DNA from: a virus
Strand: one strand, 5' to 3'
Virus record (IMG/VR): IMGVR_UViG_3300005915_002008
Span: 1 to 24,655 of that record
Length of the DNA: 24,655 nt
A model generated the notes under the pieces. That model worked only from the letters and a program-made list of their open reading frames with translations. It was not told where the DNA came from and did no database searches. Positions 14,367 to 23,120 of the stretch are shown one piece after another. Position numbers and translations under genes: made by a program. Each line of letters opens with the position of its first letter. Position 1 is the stretch's first letter.

Positions 14367-16586
14367 ATGAGTTTGAAGTTTAATTTATCCGCGAGTAGCG
14401 TGTCGAAATATAAGGAATCACAATTAGACTTTTATTATACATATATAGAAAAGTCTAAACCTGATACTCAAATTCTATCAGTTTATGGTAATGCTGGGAA
14501 TATTGTTCATTCTTCCTTAGAGAATTATATTACTTTATTAAAGAATAAGGATGTAACTAAGGGCTATGCAAAGACAGAAGTCGAGAAGTATTTTAGTACT
14601 CAATGGTTTGAAAAGAATATATCACAAATGCAGACGAAAAATAATAAACCCCTTGATATAAATAAATATTTTAATGGATTAAGGAATGCGTTTGTATATA
14701 TAAATAAAAATATTAATATAAGTAATAACTTAATTCCGGAACAGAAGTTCATTTTCCCAATAGTTAATACTAAAGATGCAGTTATAAATTTCAAGGGATT
14801 CATAGATCTTGTGGATGAAACTACTGATATAATTTACGACTGGAAGACAAACTCATCTATTCAGAACTTCAACCTACATGCTAGAATTTATTGCTATGCA
14901 TATTGGAAAATGTATAATAGAATTCCAAAGGCTATATATTATTATTGTAATGTAGATAAGCCAAAAATATATTATTTCACAAAAGATGAAGTTCTAGAAA
15001 CTGAAACTGAATTGAATGATCTATGCAAAGAAATCATAGGTAAAGGACATGACATTTCTAAGTACGATCTAGGTAACTATAATCATATATTCAATGTACA
15101 TTTACAGAAGTGCAAAAGAGAGGCATTGAATAGACAGGACTCTGATGTGATACAATACAATATTGAAAAGAATAATATAATATTCAGAAATTTAAACAAC
15201 AATTTAAAGAATATAATTGATAAAAAATTTAGTTATTATATAAACGGTCATGAGTTTAGTGACTTATTTAAAAAGAGAATATGGGATGGCAAAACTCATT
15301 TATTTAGTATAAAAAGTAACAAATTACCTATTGGTTTATTTACGATTTTCAAAAAATTACTTAATCAATATAATAAATATTCAGAAAGGGACTATAAATT
15401 AGAACTAAAGTATGATTTAAGAAATAAAGATATAATGTCTAATCAATTCGAGACTAAGTTTAAGGACAATAAAGATATAGAATTAAGATATTACCAAAAT
15501 GATGCAATAAAAAGTGCGATAGAAAACAAGATAGGAATTATATATGGCGGAACTGGTTGTGGTAAGTCTATCATTTCAGCAGAGATTATTAAGAATATAA
15601 ATAAAAGAAGTTTATATATTATAAATAGAATAGAACTTGTTGATCAAACTGCAGAGGTCTTTGAGGAATATTTAGGAATAGAAATTGGGAAAATGTCTGA
15701 GGGGAATCTGGATATAAATAAACAGGTCACAATCGCATCAATTCAAACGGTTAATAGCCTCTTAAAACAGAGCTCTGAGAATTCGAAATTACTAAAAAAG
15801 TATTTATACAATACAAACATCTGTATTTTTGATGAATGCCAGAACGTGAAAGACGATGGGTGCTATAAATTGTTATCGAATAACTTAACTAATTGTGAGT
15901 ATTTAATAGGCATGACAGGAAGTCCATTTAGGAACGATGAGCACACACTTAAAATGAAGGCATTAGTCGGTGATGTTATTTATAGTAAAACTACAAAAGA
16001 TCTAGTATCCGAGAATTACTTAGTTCCGACTAAGGTTTATTTTTTAGAGTACGATACAATTTTTGATAGAAATTATCAAAGCTACTCTGACGCATACACA
16101 GATCTCATTGTAGGAAACATTGAGAGAAATAATTTAATTAAAGACATTGTAAGTAAGTTCGAGAATAAAAAGATCTTAATTATCACAAAATTAATAAAGC
16201 ATGGAAAGTTACTCGAAGAACTTATCCCAGATAGCTTTTTAATCACAAGCCAAACAAAAAAGGATATACGAAAGCAAAAGTTTAAGGACTTCAAGGACAA
16301 TAAATTTAATATTCTTATCGGATCGGCTCAGATATTCTCGACCGGAATTGATATTCCCGATCTTGATATAATTCTAAACAGTAGTGGTCATCGTTCAGAT
16401 GTTTTATCAACTCAAATTATAGGACGAGTTATGCGTAAGTCTAAAAATAAAGAATTTGGATACTACATAGACTTTATAGACGACACGAGTGTATATTTCA
16501 GGCAAGCAACTAAGCAACGAATTCAGATTCTAACAGAATTCGGGCACGAAATTTTAAAAATTAATGATATAAAGGACATACAATAA
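14367..16586 (+). CDS. Fusion protein: N-terminal PD-(D/E)XK (RecB/Cas4-like) nuclease plus C-terminal UvsW-like SF2 helicase, 739 aa
   Basis: LSASSV..Y, GNIVHSSLE, FKGFIDLVD, IYDWKT and IY..AY motifs; UvsW-type WDGK..LF (15282); LRYYQ, GTGCGKS, DECQ, TGSP, TGIDIPDL, QIIGRVMR. Confidence 0.88.
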   Translation: MSLKFNLSASSVSKYKESQLDFYYTYIEKSKPDTQILSVYGNAGNIVHSSLENYITLLKNKDVTKGYAKTEVEKYFSTQWFEKNISQMQTKNNKPLDINKYFNGLRNAFVYINKNINISNNLIPEQKFIFPIVNTKDAVINFKGFIDLVDETTDIIYDWKTNSSIQNFNLHARIYCYAYWKMYNRIPKAIYYYCNVDKPKIYYFTKDEVLETETELNDLCKEIIGKGHDISKYDLGNYNHIFNVHLQKCKREALNRQDSDVIQYNIEKNNIIFRNLNNNLKNIIDKKFSYYINGHEFSDLFKKRIWDGKTHLFSIKSNKLPIGLFTIFKKLLNQYNKYSERDYKLELKYDLRNKDIMSNQFETKFKDNKDIELRYYQNDAIKSAIENKIGIIYGGTGCGKSIISAEIIKNINKRSLYIINRIELVDQTAEVFEEYLGIEIGKMSEGNLDINKQVTIASIQTVNSLLKQSSENSKLLKKYLYNTNICIFDECQNVKDDGCYKLLSNNLTNCEYLIGMTGSPFRNDEHTLKMKALVGDVIYSKTTKDLVSENYLVPTKVYFLEYDTIFDRNYQSYSDAYTDLIVGNIERNNLIKDIVSKFENKKILIITKLIKHGKLLEELIPDSFLITSQTKKDIRKQKFKDFKDNKFNILIGSAQIFSTGIDIPDLDIILNSSGHRSDVLSTQIIGRVMRKSKNKEFGYYIDFIDDTSVYFRQATKQRIQILTEFGHEILKINDIKDIQ

Positions 16587-16614
16587 ATACGTTTATAAAT
16601 ATTTTGGTATATAA
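16582..16614 (+). promoter_or_regulatory. Recurrent TATA-box promoter (AATAAATACGTTTATAAATATTTTGGTATATAA)
   Basis: Consensus match overlapping the helicase stop codon, 21 nt before ATG 16636. Confidence 0.8.
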
Positions 16615-16635
16615 ATATATAAAATGTGAATACAT

Positions 16636-18252
16636 ATGAATTTAAATTTGAATAACATTGCATGGTCAGAAAAATACAGACCGAAGAATGTCGATGCTGT
16701 GGTTTCGGATAGTAAGCAGAAGATAAAGAAATACCTAGAGAACCCTGAGAGCATCGAGATAAATAAAATATATTGTATGGATTGTATTGATGGCATGAAG
16801 CAGCTAGAAGCTAATAGTGTAGACTCAATAGTAACTGATCCACCCTATGAATTAGGTTTCATGGGTAAGTCTTGGGATGGAACAGGAATTGCATTTAAAC
16901 CAGAAGTTTGGAAACAAGCTCTACGAGTATTAAAACCAGGAGGACATCTTTTAGGTTTTGGTGGAACTAGGACTTATCACCGTATGGCCTGTGCAATTGA
17001 GGATGCTGGGTTTGAGATAAGAGACCAGATACAATGGATTTATTCTACTGGATTCCCTAAGTCACTGAATATTGGAAAAGCTATTGATAAAGTTAGTAAA
17101 AGATTAAATTTATTCACACCATTTGCTAGGTACTTAAAAGAGCAAAGACTAAAAAAAGGTTTTGTGATAACTGATGTTTCAAAGCATTTTATGAGCAAAA
17201 CTGGGGGTGTGACTGGTTGTGTTAGTAATTGGGAATTAGGATATAGTACTCCAACTAAGACACAATTTATAATTCTAAAGCAATTATTAGACCTAGAAGA
17301 TACTTTTGATGACTTGATAAATAGGGTTGAAGCAGAAAGAAAAGTAATTGGAGAACAACATAGATCTGCTGGGAATGATGTAAATATACCATTTTCTGCT
17401 TGTCATACAAATAAAAATAATGGTTGGTTTAATATTACAGCCCCATCCACAGACCAGGCTAAGAAGTATGATGGTTGGGGTACAAATTTAAAACCTGCCA
17501 ATGAACCAATTTGTGTAGCGAGGAAGCCTTTAGAGGAAAAGACTGTTGCTGCTAATGTTCTAAAATATGGTACTGGTGGTATTAACATCGATGACTGCAG
17601 GATTGGAACTGATGAAAATATAGAATTAGGCAGAAATAATAGAAAGGAATGTATTTCTAATTCATTTGGTCGAAAATTACTGGGTATAGATAGGAGTGGA
17701 TTAAATCAAGGTCGTTTTCCTTCTAATGTGATTCTTGATGGTTCAGAAGAAGTTACTAATTTATTTCCTAATAGTAAATCAACTGGTAGTGATGGATCTA
17801 AATTTAATAATTCTTGTTTTAAAGGATTAGAAAAAGATGTTATTAAAAAAGATGGACTTGGTTTTGGTGATGATGGTTCAGCTTCTCGTTTCTTTTACTG
17901 TGCAAAGGCAAGTAAGTCTGAGAGGAATAAAGGGCTTGAGGGATTTGATGATGTAAAAGGTGGTTCAATGGAAGGTGGAAATGATAAAAGAAATGGGTTA
18001 AATAAACCACAATTGAAATTAACAAAAAATATTCATCCTACTATAAAACCAGTTAAGTTAATAGAATATTTAATCAGGCTTGTGACTCCAAAGGGTGGGG
18101 TTGTTTTAGACCCTTTCATGGGTAGTGGCACGACTGGAATGGCTGCTAAGGCTCAGGGGTTCAATTACATTGGGTTTGACATGACTAAAGAATACTGTGA
18201 AATAGCAGAAGCCAGAATTAAGAGTGTAGATCACCAAATGAAATTATTTTAA
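16636..18252 (+). CDS. Beta-class amino (m6A/m4C) DNA methyltransferase, 538 aa, with an N-terminal clamp-loader-like stub and an internal XRE-type HTH
   Basis: NKIYCMDC, TDPPY (16834..16848), HPTIKP..L, VLDPFMGSGTT; first 40 aa WSEKYRPKNVDAVV; HTH YLKEQRLKKG...VSNWELGYSTP. Confidence 0.9.
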   Translation: MNLNLNNIAWSEKYRPKNVDAVVSDSKQKIKKYLENPESIEINKIYCMDCIDGMKQLEANSVDSIVTDPPYELGFMGKSWDGTGIAFKPEVWKQALRVLKPGGHLLGFGGTRTYHRMACAIEDAGFEIRDQIQWIYSTGFPKSLNIGKAIDKVSKRLNLFTPFARYLKEQRLKKGFVITDVSKHFMSKTGGVTGCVSNWELGYSTPTKTQFIILKQLLDLEDTFDDLINRVEAERKVIGEQHRSAGNDVNIPFSACHTNKNNGWFNITAPSTDQAKKYDGWGTNLKPANEPICVARKPLEEKTVAANVLKYGTGGINIDDCRIGTDENIELGRNNRKECISNSFGRKLLGIDRSGLNQGRFPSNVILDGSEEVTNLFPNSKSTGSDGSKFNNSCFKGLEKDVIKKDGLGFGDDGSASRFFYCAKASKSERNKGLEGFDDVKGGSMEGGNDKRNGLNKPQLKLTKNIHPTIKPVKLIEYLIRLVTPKGGVVLDPFMGSGTTGMAAKAQGFNYIGFDMTKEYCEIAEARIKSVDHQMKLF

Positions 18253-18270
18253 TAAAATAGGGTATAAATT

Positions 18271-20013
18271 ATGAATTACATTAATGATTATTTAGGCTTA
18301 AATGAATTAAAGGTGTTTGCATTTGACACAGAGACGTACGGTCTAGAATTTGATACAATAAACCTAAAAGACATAAGCTTTAGTGATGGTACTAATTCAT
18401 ATTACTTCGATAAGGATCATTTAGATATCGAAAAATTAAAGAATGTACTAATTAACGCGGATTTAATAATCGGGCATAATCTAATATTCGACTTGACTGT
18501 GATGTCTAAGTTCTTTGGTCGAAGCTTTTTATTCGAGATAAATAATGTACCACTATTTGATACCATGCTAGCACAATATATACTAAACGAAAATGCTAAG
18601 AAGGGATTAAAGCATCTAAGTGAGACTATTTTGGGATATAAAATGCAGACTTACGAGGAATCTGTTAATAGCCTGAATAAAGAAACTTGGATTAAGTATA
18701 GTCTAGAGGATTCAATTCAGACATTTAAACTGTATAAATATTTTAAAAATAAAGTTAATAATAATAAAGTATTCAAGAGAGAATGTAAGGCTATACTCCC
18801 AATCGTGGACATGCAACTCGAGGGCTTTCTCGTGGACAAGACTAAATTTAAGGACATAAAAGAAAAAATGGAGAATAGACTCAAGGAAATTGAGGATGAG
18901 TTTATATCGGTTTTTAAGAAATATGGATTAAAACAAAATAGCCTGTTCGGTAGCATTATCCCGATAAACCTAAATTCACCAAAGCAGTTAAAGAAGTTTA
19001 TTAATAACAAATTAAAAATAAAAATTGAGGATACAAGTGTTAAGACACTAAAGAATTATAAAACGAAGCATAAGTTTTTTGAATTGTTATTGGATTATAG
19101 GCATATTTATAAGTTATACAATAGCTATATTAAGCCTTTTGAAGAAAAACACATACAATCAGATGGTAAAATACACGCGAGTTTTAATCCAACTGGAACA
19201 GTAACCGGCAGATATTCAAGTTCTTCTCCAAATCTTCAACAAATCCCATCCTTTGACGAGTTTGGTATGAGGGAACTATTTATAGCAGATAAGGGTTATA
19301 AAATAGCTTGTTTGGACTATGCCGGACAAGAGATTAGGCTCGCAGCCATTATTTCTAATGATAGGAATATGAAAGATGCACTTTTGAATAATAAAGATAT
19401 ACATCTAATGACTGCTAATAGTGTTTATAACTTAGGCATACCCTCTGAATGTCTAAAGACTAATCATAAAGATTACAAAATGTATAAAGATAAGTTCAAT
19501 GCATACAGAAAAAAGGCGAAGATGGTGAACTTCGGTGTTCTCTATGGCGCAGGTGCGATGGGTGTTTCTAACCTCACAGGTGAGTCCGAGGATAAGGCAC
19601 AGGAAATGATTGATAATTTTTTTGAATTTTATACAGGAATAAAATTAAAAATTAATAAAAATTCTAATTATTTATATAAATATAATGAGGTTATAAATTT
19701 ATTTGGTAGACAAAGGAGATTTGAATTGATTGACAGTAAAGCAAAAAGACAATCATTCAATTTCTTAATTCAAGGTACAGCTGGGGATATGTTAAAGATA
19801 GACTTATATAGAGTTTGGAATGAAGTTGTATTAAAATATAAAGATAATATTAAATTAAAAGCTACAGTACATGATGAAATAATATTTATGATTAAAGAAA
19901 ATATGATAGACGAAATATTACCACAATTAGTTAATATCATGCAAGACTTTAAATTTGAAATCCCAATAATAGTAGATTATAATATAGGAAATAATTATGG
20001 TTCAGCTCATTAA
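18271..20013 (+). CDS. polA: Family A DNA polymerase with a 3'-5' exonuclease domain and no 5'-3' exonuclease, 580 aa
   Basis: Exo I FDTET, Exo II GHNLIFD, Exo III YSLED; TGRYSSSSPNLQQIP; motif A DYAGQEIR; motif B RKKAKMVNFGVLYG (Phe at the E. coli 762-equivalent position); motif C VHDE. Confidence 0.95.
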   Translation: MNYINDYLGLNELKVFAFDTETYGLEFDTINLKDISFSDGTNSYYFDKDHLDIEKLKNVLINADLIIGHNLIFDLTVMSKFFGRSFLFEINNVPLFDTMLAQYILNENAKKGLKHLSETILGYKMQTYEESVNSLNKETWIKYSLEDSIQTFKLYKYFKNKVNNNKVFKRECKAILPIVDMQLEGFLVDKTKFKDIKEKMENRLKEIEDEFISVFKKYGLKQNSLFGSIIPINLNSPKQLKKFINNKLKIKIEDTSVKTLKNYKTKHKFFELLLDYRHIYKLYNSYIKPFEEKHIQSDGKIHASFNPTGTVTGRYSSSSPNLQQIPSFDEFGMRELFIADKGYKIACLDYAGQEIRLAAIISNDRNMKDALLNNKDIHLMTANSVYNLGIPSECLKTNHKDYKMYKDKFNAYRKKAKMVNFGVLYGAGAMGVSNLTGESEDKAQEMIDNFFEFYTGIKLKINKNSNYLYKYNEVINLFGRQRRFELIDSKAKRQSFNFLIQGTAGDMLKIDLYRVWNEVVLKYKDNIKLKATVHDEIIFMIKENMIDEILPQLVNIMQDFKFEIPIIVDYNIGNNYGSAH

Positions 20014-20044
20014 AATATACAATAAATATATATATAAATATACA

Positions 20045-20076
20045 AATAAATACCTTTATAAATATATTGGTATATA
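20045..20076 (+). promoter_or_regulatory. Recurrent TATA-box promoter (AATAAATACCTTTATAAATATATTGGTATATA)
   Basis: Consensus match heading the post-polA operon. Confidence 0.75.
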
Positions 20077-20126
20077 TATTATATATATAATAGCCTGAAT
20101 AGGCAAAGGAGAAAATGTGAAAAAAT

Positions 20127-20480
20127 ATGGAAAAAAGTGTAAATACACAAAGTGTAAATACAAAAAATATAAATATACAGAATGTAAATATAAAAGAAAA
20201 ATTAAAAATGTATTTTGATTTGTCTAATGACATAGAAACTTTAGACGAGCAAAGGAAAATTATTAAAGAAGACTTAGAAATTGTACTAACACAAAGTGGG
20301 GTTGATTCATTATCTACTTCTTTAGGATCAATTAGTTATGTTCATAGAAATTATACATCAATTGATAAAATATTTATTGAATCAATTCTTACAATTGAAC
20401 AAAAAGAAAAAGCATACACACAAAAAGAGTCTAAATTTATAAAAATTACTAAATCTAAAAAAGAGAGTGACCAGAAATGA
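20127..20480 (+). CDS. Hypothetical coiled-coil protein, 117 aa, with a 5-aa N-terminal repeat (SVNTQ SVNTK NINIQ NVNIK)
   Basis: ORF track; AAGGAG SD; 15-bp periodicity at the 5' end. Confidence 0.75.
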   Translation: MEKSVNTQSVNTKNINIQNVNIKEKLKMYFDLSNDIETLDEQRKIIKEDLEIVLTQSGVDSLSTSLGSISYVHRNYTSIDKIFIESILTIEQKEKAYTQKESKFIKITKSKKESDQK

Positions 20481-20749
20481 AGCTCGAGATTTCTATTTGC
20501 TTGAAAAAAGACGAGTGTGACTTCTTCTATTTCGAGGATCAATTCGATACTGAGGTTGCTACAATTAAGGGATACAAGGACACCGATGACGCGGGGTTAT
20601 ATTTCTATACATTATTTGAGGTTGTAGACTCAATCTTTAACGAGAAAAGCACACTAAAATTAATAAATGATAAGTGCAGTTTCGAGATGGAACTCTCAGA
20701 GGCTGATGAAAAGATATACAAAGAATGCTTTGGAGATGATCTAGAATGA
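20477..20749 (+). CDS. Acidic hypothetical protein, 90 aa
   Basis: ORF track; ATGA overlaps with both neighbours. Confidence 0.75.
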   Translation: MKLEISICLKKDECDFFYFEDQFDTEVATIKGYKDTDDAGLYFYTLFEVVDSIFNEKSTLKLINDKCSFEMELSEADEKIYKECFGDDLE

Positions 20750-20934
20750 ATAAAGAATTAAAAAAACAATTTCAGGCAATATTTAATATTATAAACTCAA
20801 AGATTAAAATACAATCACAAATTGAGTTATGCAAGGATTCCTGGAAGGACTTTGAGAACACGAATTATTTTATAAACACAAGGGACATAAATTTAGTTGA
20901 TTTATACAATGAAGAATTCAAGAAAGTGAAATAG
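20746..20934 (+). CDS. Small hypothetical protein, 62 aa
   Basis: ORF track; ATGA overlap; GGAG SD. Confidence 0.7.
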   Translation: MNKELKKQFQAIFNIINSKIKIQSQIELCKDSWKDFENTNYFINTRDINLVDLYNEEFKKVK

Positions 20935-20936
20935 AT

Positions 20937-21380
20937 ATGAAAAAGCAAATTAAAAATATATGTAATAATTTAATTAGTATACATGAAAATCATTTTAGAA
21001 AAAATGATAACTTAGAATTTATAGGATATAAATATGTCGATGGATTAACAAAAAAGAAGTTCCTAAAAAATTTCACAATAAAGACATTTATTGAAAGATT
21101 CTATACACTATATTGGTTTAAATTAAATTATCACTATTTAATATTAAACAGAAATGATTTTCATATTACTCGAATTAAAGCATTGAAAAGTGTATTTAAG
21201 GAATGTACAACAAATATTGATTATAAAAAGATATCTACAGAAGTTATTTATTATGAAGACAATGACTTTCAAGTATCAGTATTTCATTCAATGATAATTG
21301 ATAATAAAACATATAGAATAGAATTATTATATCAACATAATGAATTGCTTTTTAGGGTTTGTTGTATGGATATAATTTAA
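20937..21380 (+). CDS. Hypothetical protein, 147 aa, very AT-rich, flanked by a 20-bp direct repeat
   Basis: ORF track; AGAAAGTGAAATAGRTATGA at 20921 and 21401. Confidence 0.7.
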   Translation: MKKQIKNICNNLISIHENHFRKNDNLEFIGYKYVDGLTKKKFLKNFTIKTFIERFYTLYWFKLNYHYLILNRNDFHITRIKALKSVFKECTTNIDYKKISTEVIYYEDNDFQVSVFHSMIIDNKTYRIELLYQHNELLFRVCCMDII

Positions 21381-21416
21381 TATATAAAAATAAAAGTATT
21401 AGAAAGTGAAATAGGT

Positions 21417-22664
21417 ATGATTGATATAAATAGTATGATACAACAGGTATTACAAAGCGAGATTCTAAGTGGTGCATTATTTATTAGCGTTTTCATGGGA
21501 TTAATATATTCATTAAAAGGATTACCCCTTAAATTCTGGAATTGGATAAAGAAATATATATATTATGAAGTTTATATATATGAAACTGATAATTTGTTTG
21601 TATATTTTGAGAAATTCTTAAATAAGAATTACAATAAAAAATATAGAAAAGTTGAGGCAGTTACAGAATTTAATAAATTAGACACAGATATAGGTTATGA
21701 TAAAGCACCCGAATCAGACTCGAATATAAATAAAAAACAAAAAAAGAAAAATGTGTTTATGAAGCAATATCAAATGATATTCACAATTAAGTATAATAAA
21801 AAATATTATATTATAAATAAAGGTCGTGAGAAATTCGAGAATACAAACAATTTAAAAAATGCGTACATGAATCATTATAACATAAAAACTTTATTTTATA
21901 ATAAAAGGTATATAAATAAGTTATTGAATGAGTTAGTCGAAAAGAATATTAAAAAAAAAGTGACAAACACAATTTATGCAAACAATTCTGATTATTGGAT
22001 TAGAGCTTGTGAGAAGAATCTTAGGAGTCTAAAAACAGTTGTGTTAAACAATAAAATAAAGAATGAAGTTATTAATGCATTAAAGAAATTTAACTCGAAT
22101 AAGTCATGGTACAAAAAGCGTGGGATTCCTTATAAACTAGGAATACTATTGCATGGTCCACCAGGGAATGGAAAGACGTCATTGATTCAAGCAATAGCGA
22201 ATGAATTTAAAAAAGACATTTATTATCTAAATCTAGGAAACACAAAGGACGATTATTTAGCTAGATTGTTTAGGTGCATTAATGAAAATAGTATAATTAT
22301 AATTGAGGACATTGATGCATTATTCAAGTCAAAAAGAGAAATGAATAATAAGGATTTAACATTCAGTGGGTTTATTAATGTCCTAGATGGTCTGATGTCC
22401 TCAGAGAATGTAGTATCGATCTTCACAACAAATAAAAAATTGAGCTTAGACGAGGCTCTAATGCGACCAGGCAGGATCGATTTTAAGATTGAGATCCCGA
22501 ATCCGACAATTAATGAAATTAAAGAATATTATAAATTATTTTTTAATACAAATATTAAAATTAAAAAATTAATTAAGAATATTAGCATGGCAGAAGTACA
22601 GGATATATTCCTAAAAAATTTAGAAAATAAAGATAGAATAAATAAGTTATTAGAAGGAAAATGA
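21417..22664 (+). CDS. BCS1-like membrane-anchored AAA+ ATPase, 415 aa
   Basis: N-terminal TM helix; L.TVVL....K; WYKKRGIPYKLGILLHGPPGNGKTS; Walker B IIIEDID; TFSGFINVLDG; TTN; DEALMRPGRID. Confidence 0.85.
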   Translation: MIDINSMIQQVLQSEILSGALFISVFMGLIYSLKGLPLKFWNWIKKYIYYEVYIYETDNLFVYFEKFLNKNYNKKYRKVEAVTEFNKLDTDIGYDKAPESDSNINKKQKKKNVFMKQYQMIFTIKYNKKYYIINKGREKFENTNNLKNAYMNHYNIKTLFYNKRYINKLLNELVEKNIKKKVTNTIYANNSDYWIRACEKNLRSLKTVVLNNKIKNEVINALKKFNSNKSWYKKRGIPYKLGILLHGPPGNGKTSLIQAIANEFKKDIYYLNLGNTKDDYLARLFRCINENSIIIIEDIDALFKSKREMNNKDLTFSGFINVLDGLMSSENVVSIFTTNKKLSLDEALMRPGRIDFKIEIPNPTINEIKEYYKLFFNTNIKIKKLIKNISMAEVQDIFLKNLENKDRINKLLEGK

Positions 22665-23113
22665 TAGATATGACAAAGCAACATTTAGAGAGTTACTTAA
22701 GCAGGAGTCTGAAGCAGTACAATGATTTATGGTACTTGAAGCTTCAGGTAATGCCTTTGGCACACACACAGACACCCGCGGATTACATTGTGCTCTCAAA
22801 GGATAATAAATATTTAGTTGAATGTAAGGAATGCAAGAACGATATTTTCAGTTTCGATCGACTCACTCAGGAGCATGAGTTAAGTGTGTTCCAGAGTAAG
22901 TTCAAGAGCAATCGGAGTTATTTACTATTAATGTTCTGGAAAGAAAGATTGAATAAGTCATCTATATACCTAATTCCAATCAATGCATATTTAAGACATA
23001 AGTCCCGGACGAAAAAGAGATCTATAAATCTTAAAGAATGCCAAGATCAATTTATGATTTATAAAGTAATGCTAACCGAGAACAATTTATTAAATTTAAA
23101 TGACCTGAGATGA
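22661..23113 (+). CDS. Holliday junction resolvase-like PD-(D/E)XK nuclease (RecU/Hjc-like), 150 aa
   Basis: LE..L, TPADY, LVECKE, SFDRL.Q motifs; the start may be ATG 22670. Confidence 0.7.
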   Translation: MIDMTKQHLESYLSRSLKQYNDLWYLKLQVMPLAHTQTPADYIVLSKDNKYLVECKECKNDIFSFDRLTQEHELSVFQSKFKSNRSYLLLMFWKERLNKSSIYLIPINAYLRHKSRTKKRSINLKECQDQFMIYKVMLTENNLLNLNDLR

Positions 23114-23120
23114 ATTATGT

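Noticed and set aside
14367-15130. Annotating the nuclease domain as CRISPR cas4
   Set aside because: No cas genes or array nearby, Fe-S cysteines mostly absent, and it is fused to a helicase in a replication module.
18235-18252. C-terminal QMKLF of the MTase as a bacterial beta-clamp-binding motif
   Set aside because: It resembles QL[SD]LF, but such endings are frequent in mobile MTases and conflict with the inferred archaeal host. It may only reflect the donor.
16756-18270. MTase as an intron/intein-like insert in an intact clamp-loader gene
   Set aside because: No downstream RFC exon: only 18 nt separate the MTase stop from polA, and no intein Cys/His-Asn termini are present.
9081-20542. 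Minus-strand ORFs in the right arm (9081, 9670, 9842, 10609, 11093, 11791, 12351, 14600, 16082, 16593, 17403, 17843, 18717, 19949, 20351)
   Set aside because: Antisense shadows overlapping motif-bearing plus-strand genes or promoters.
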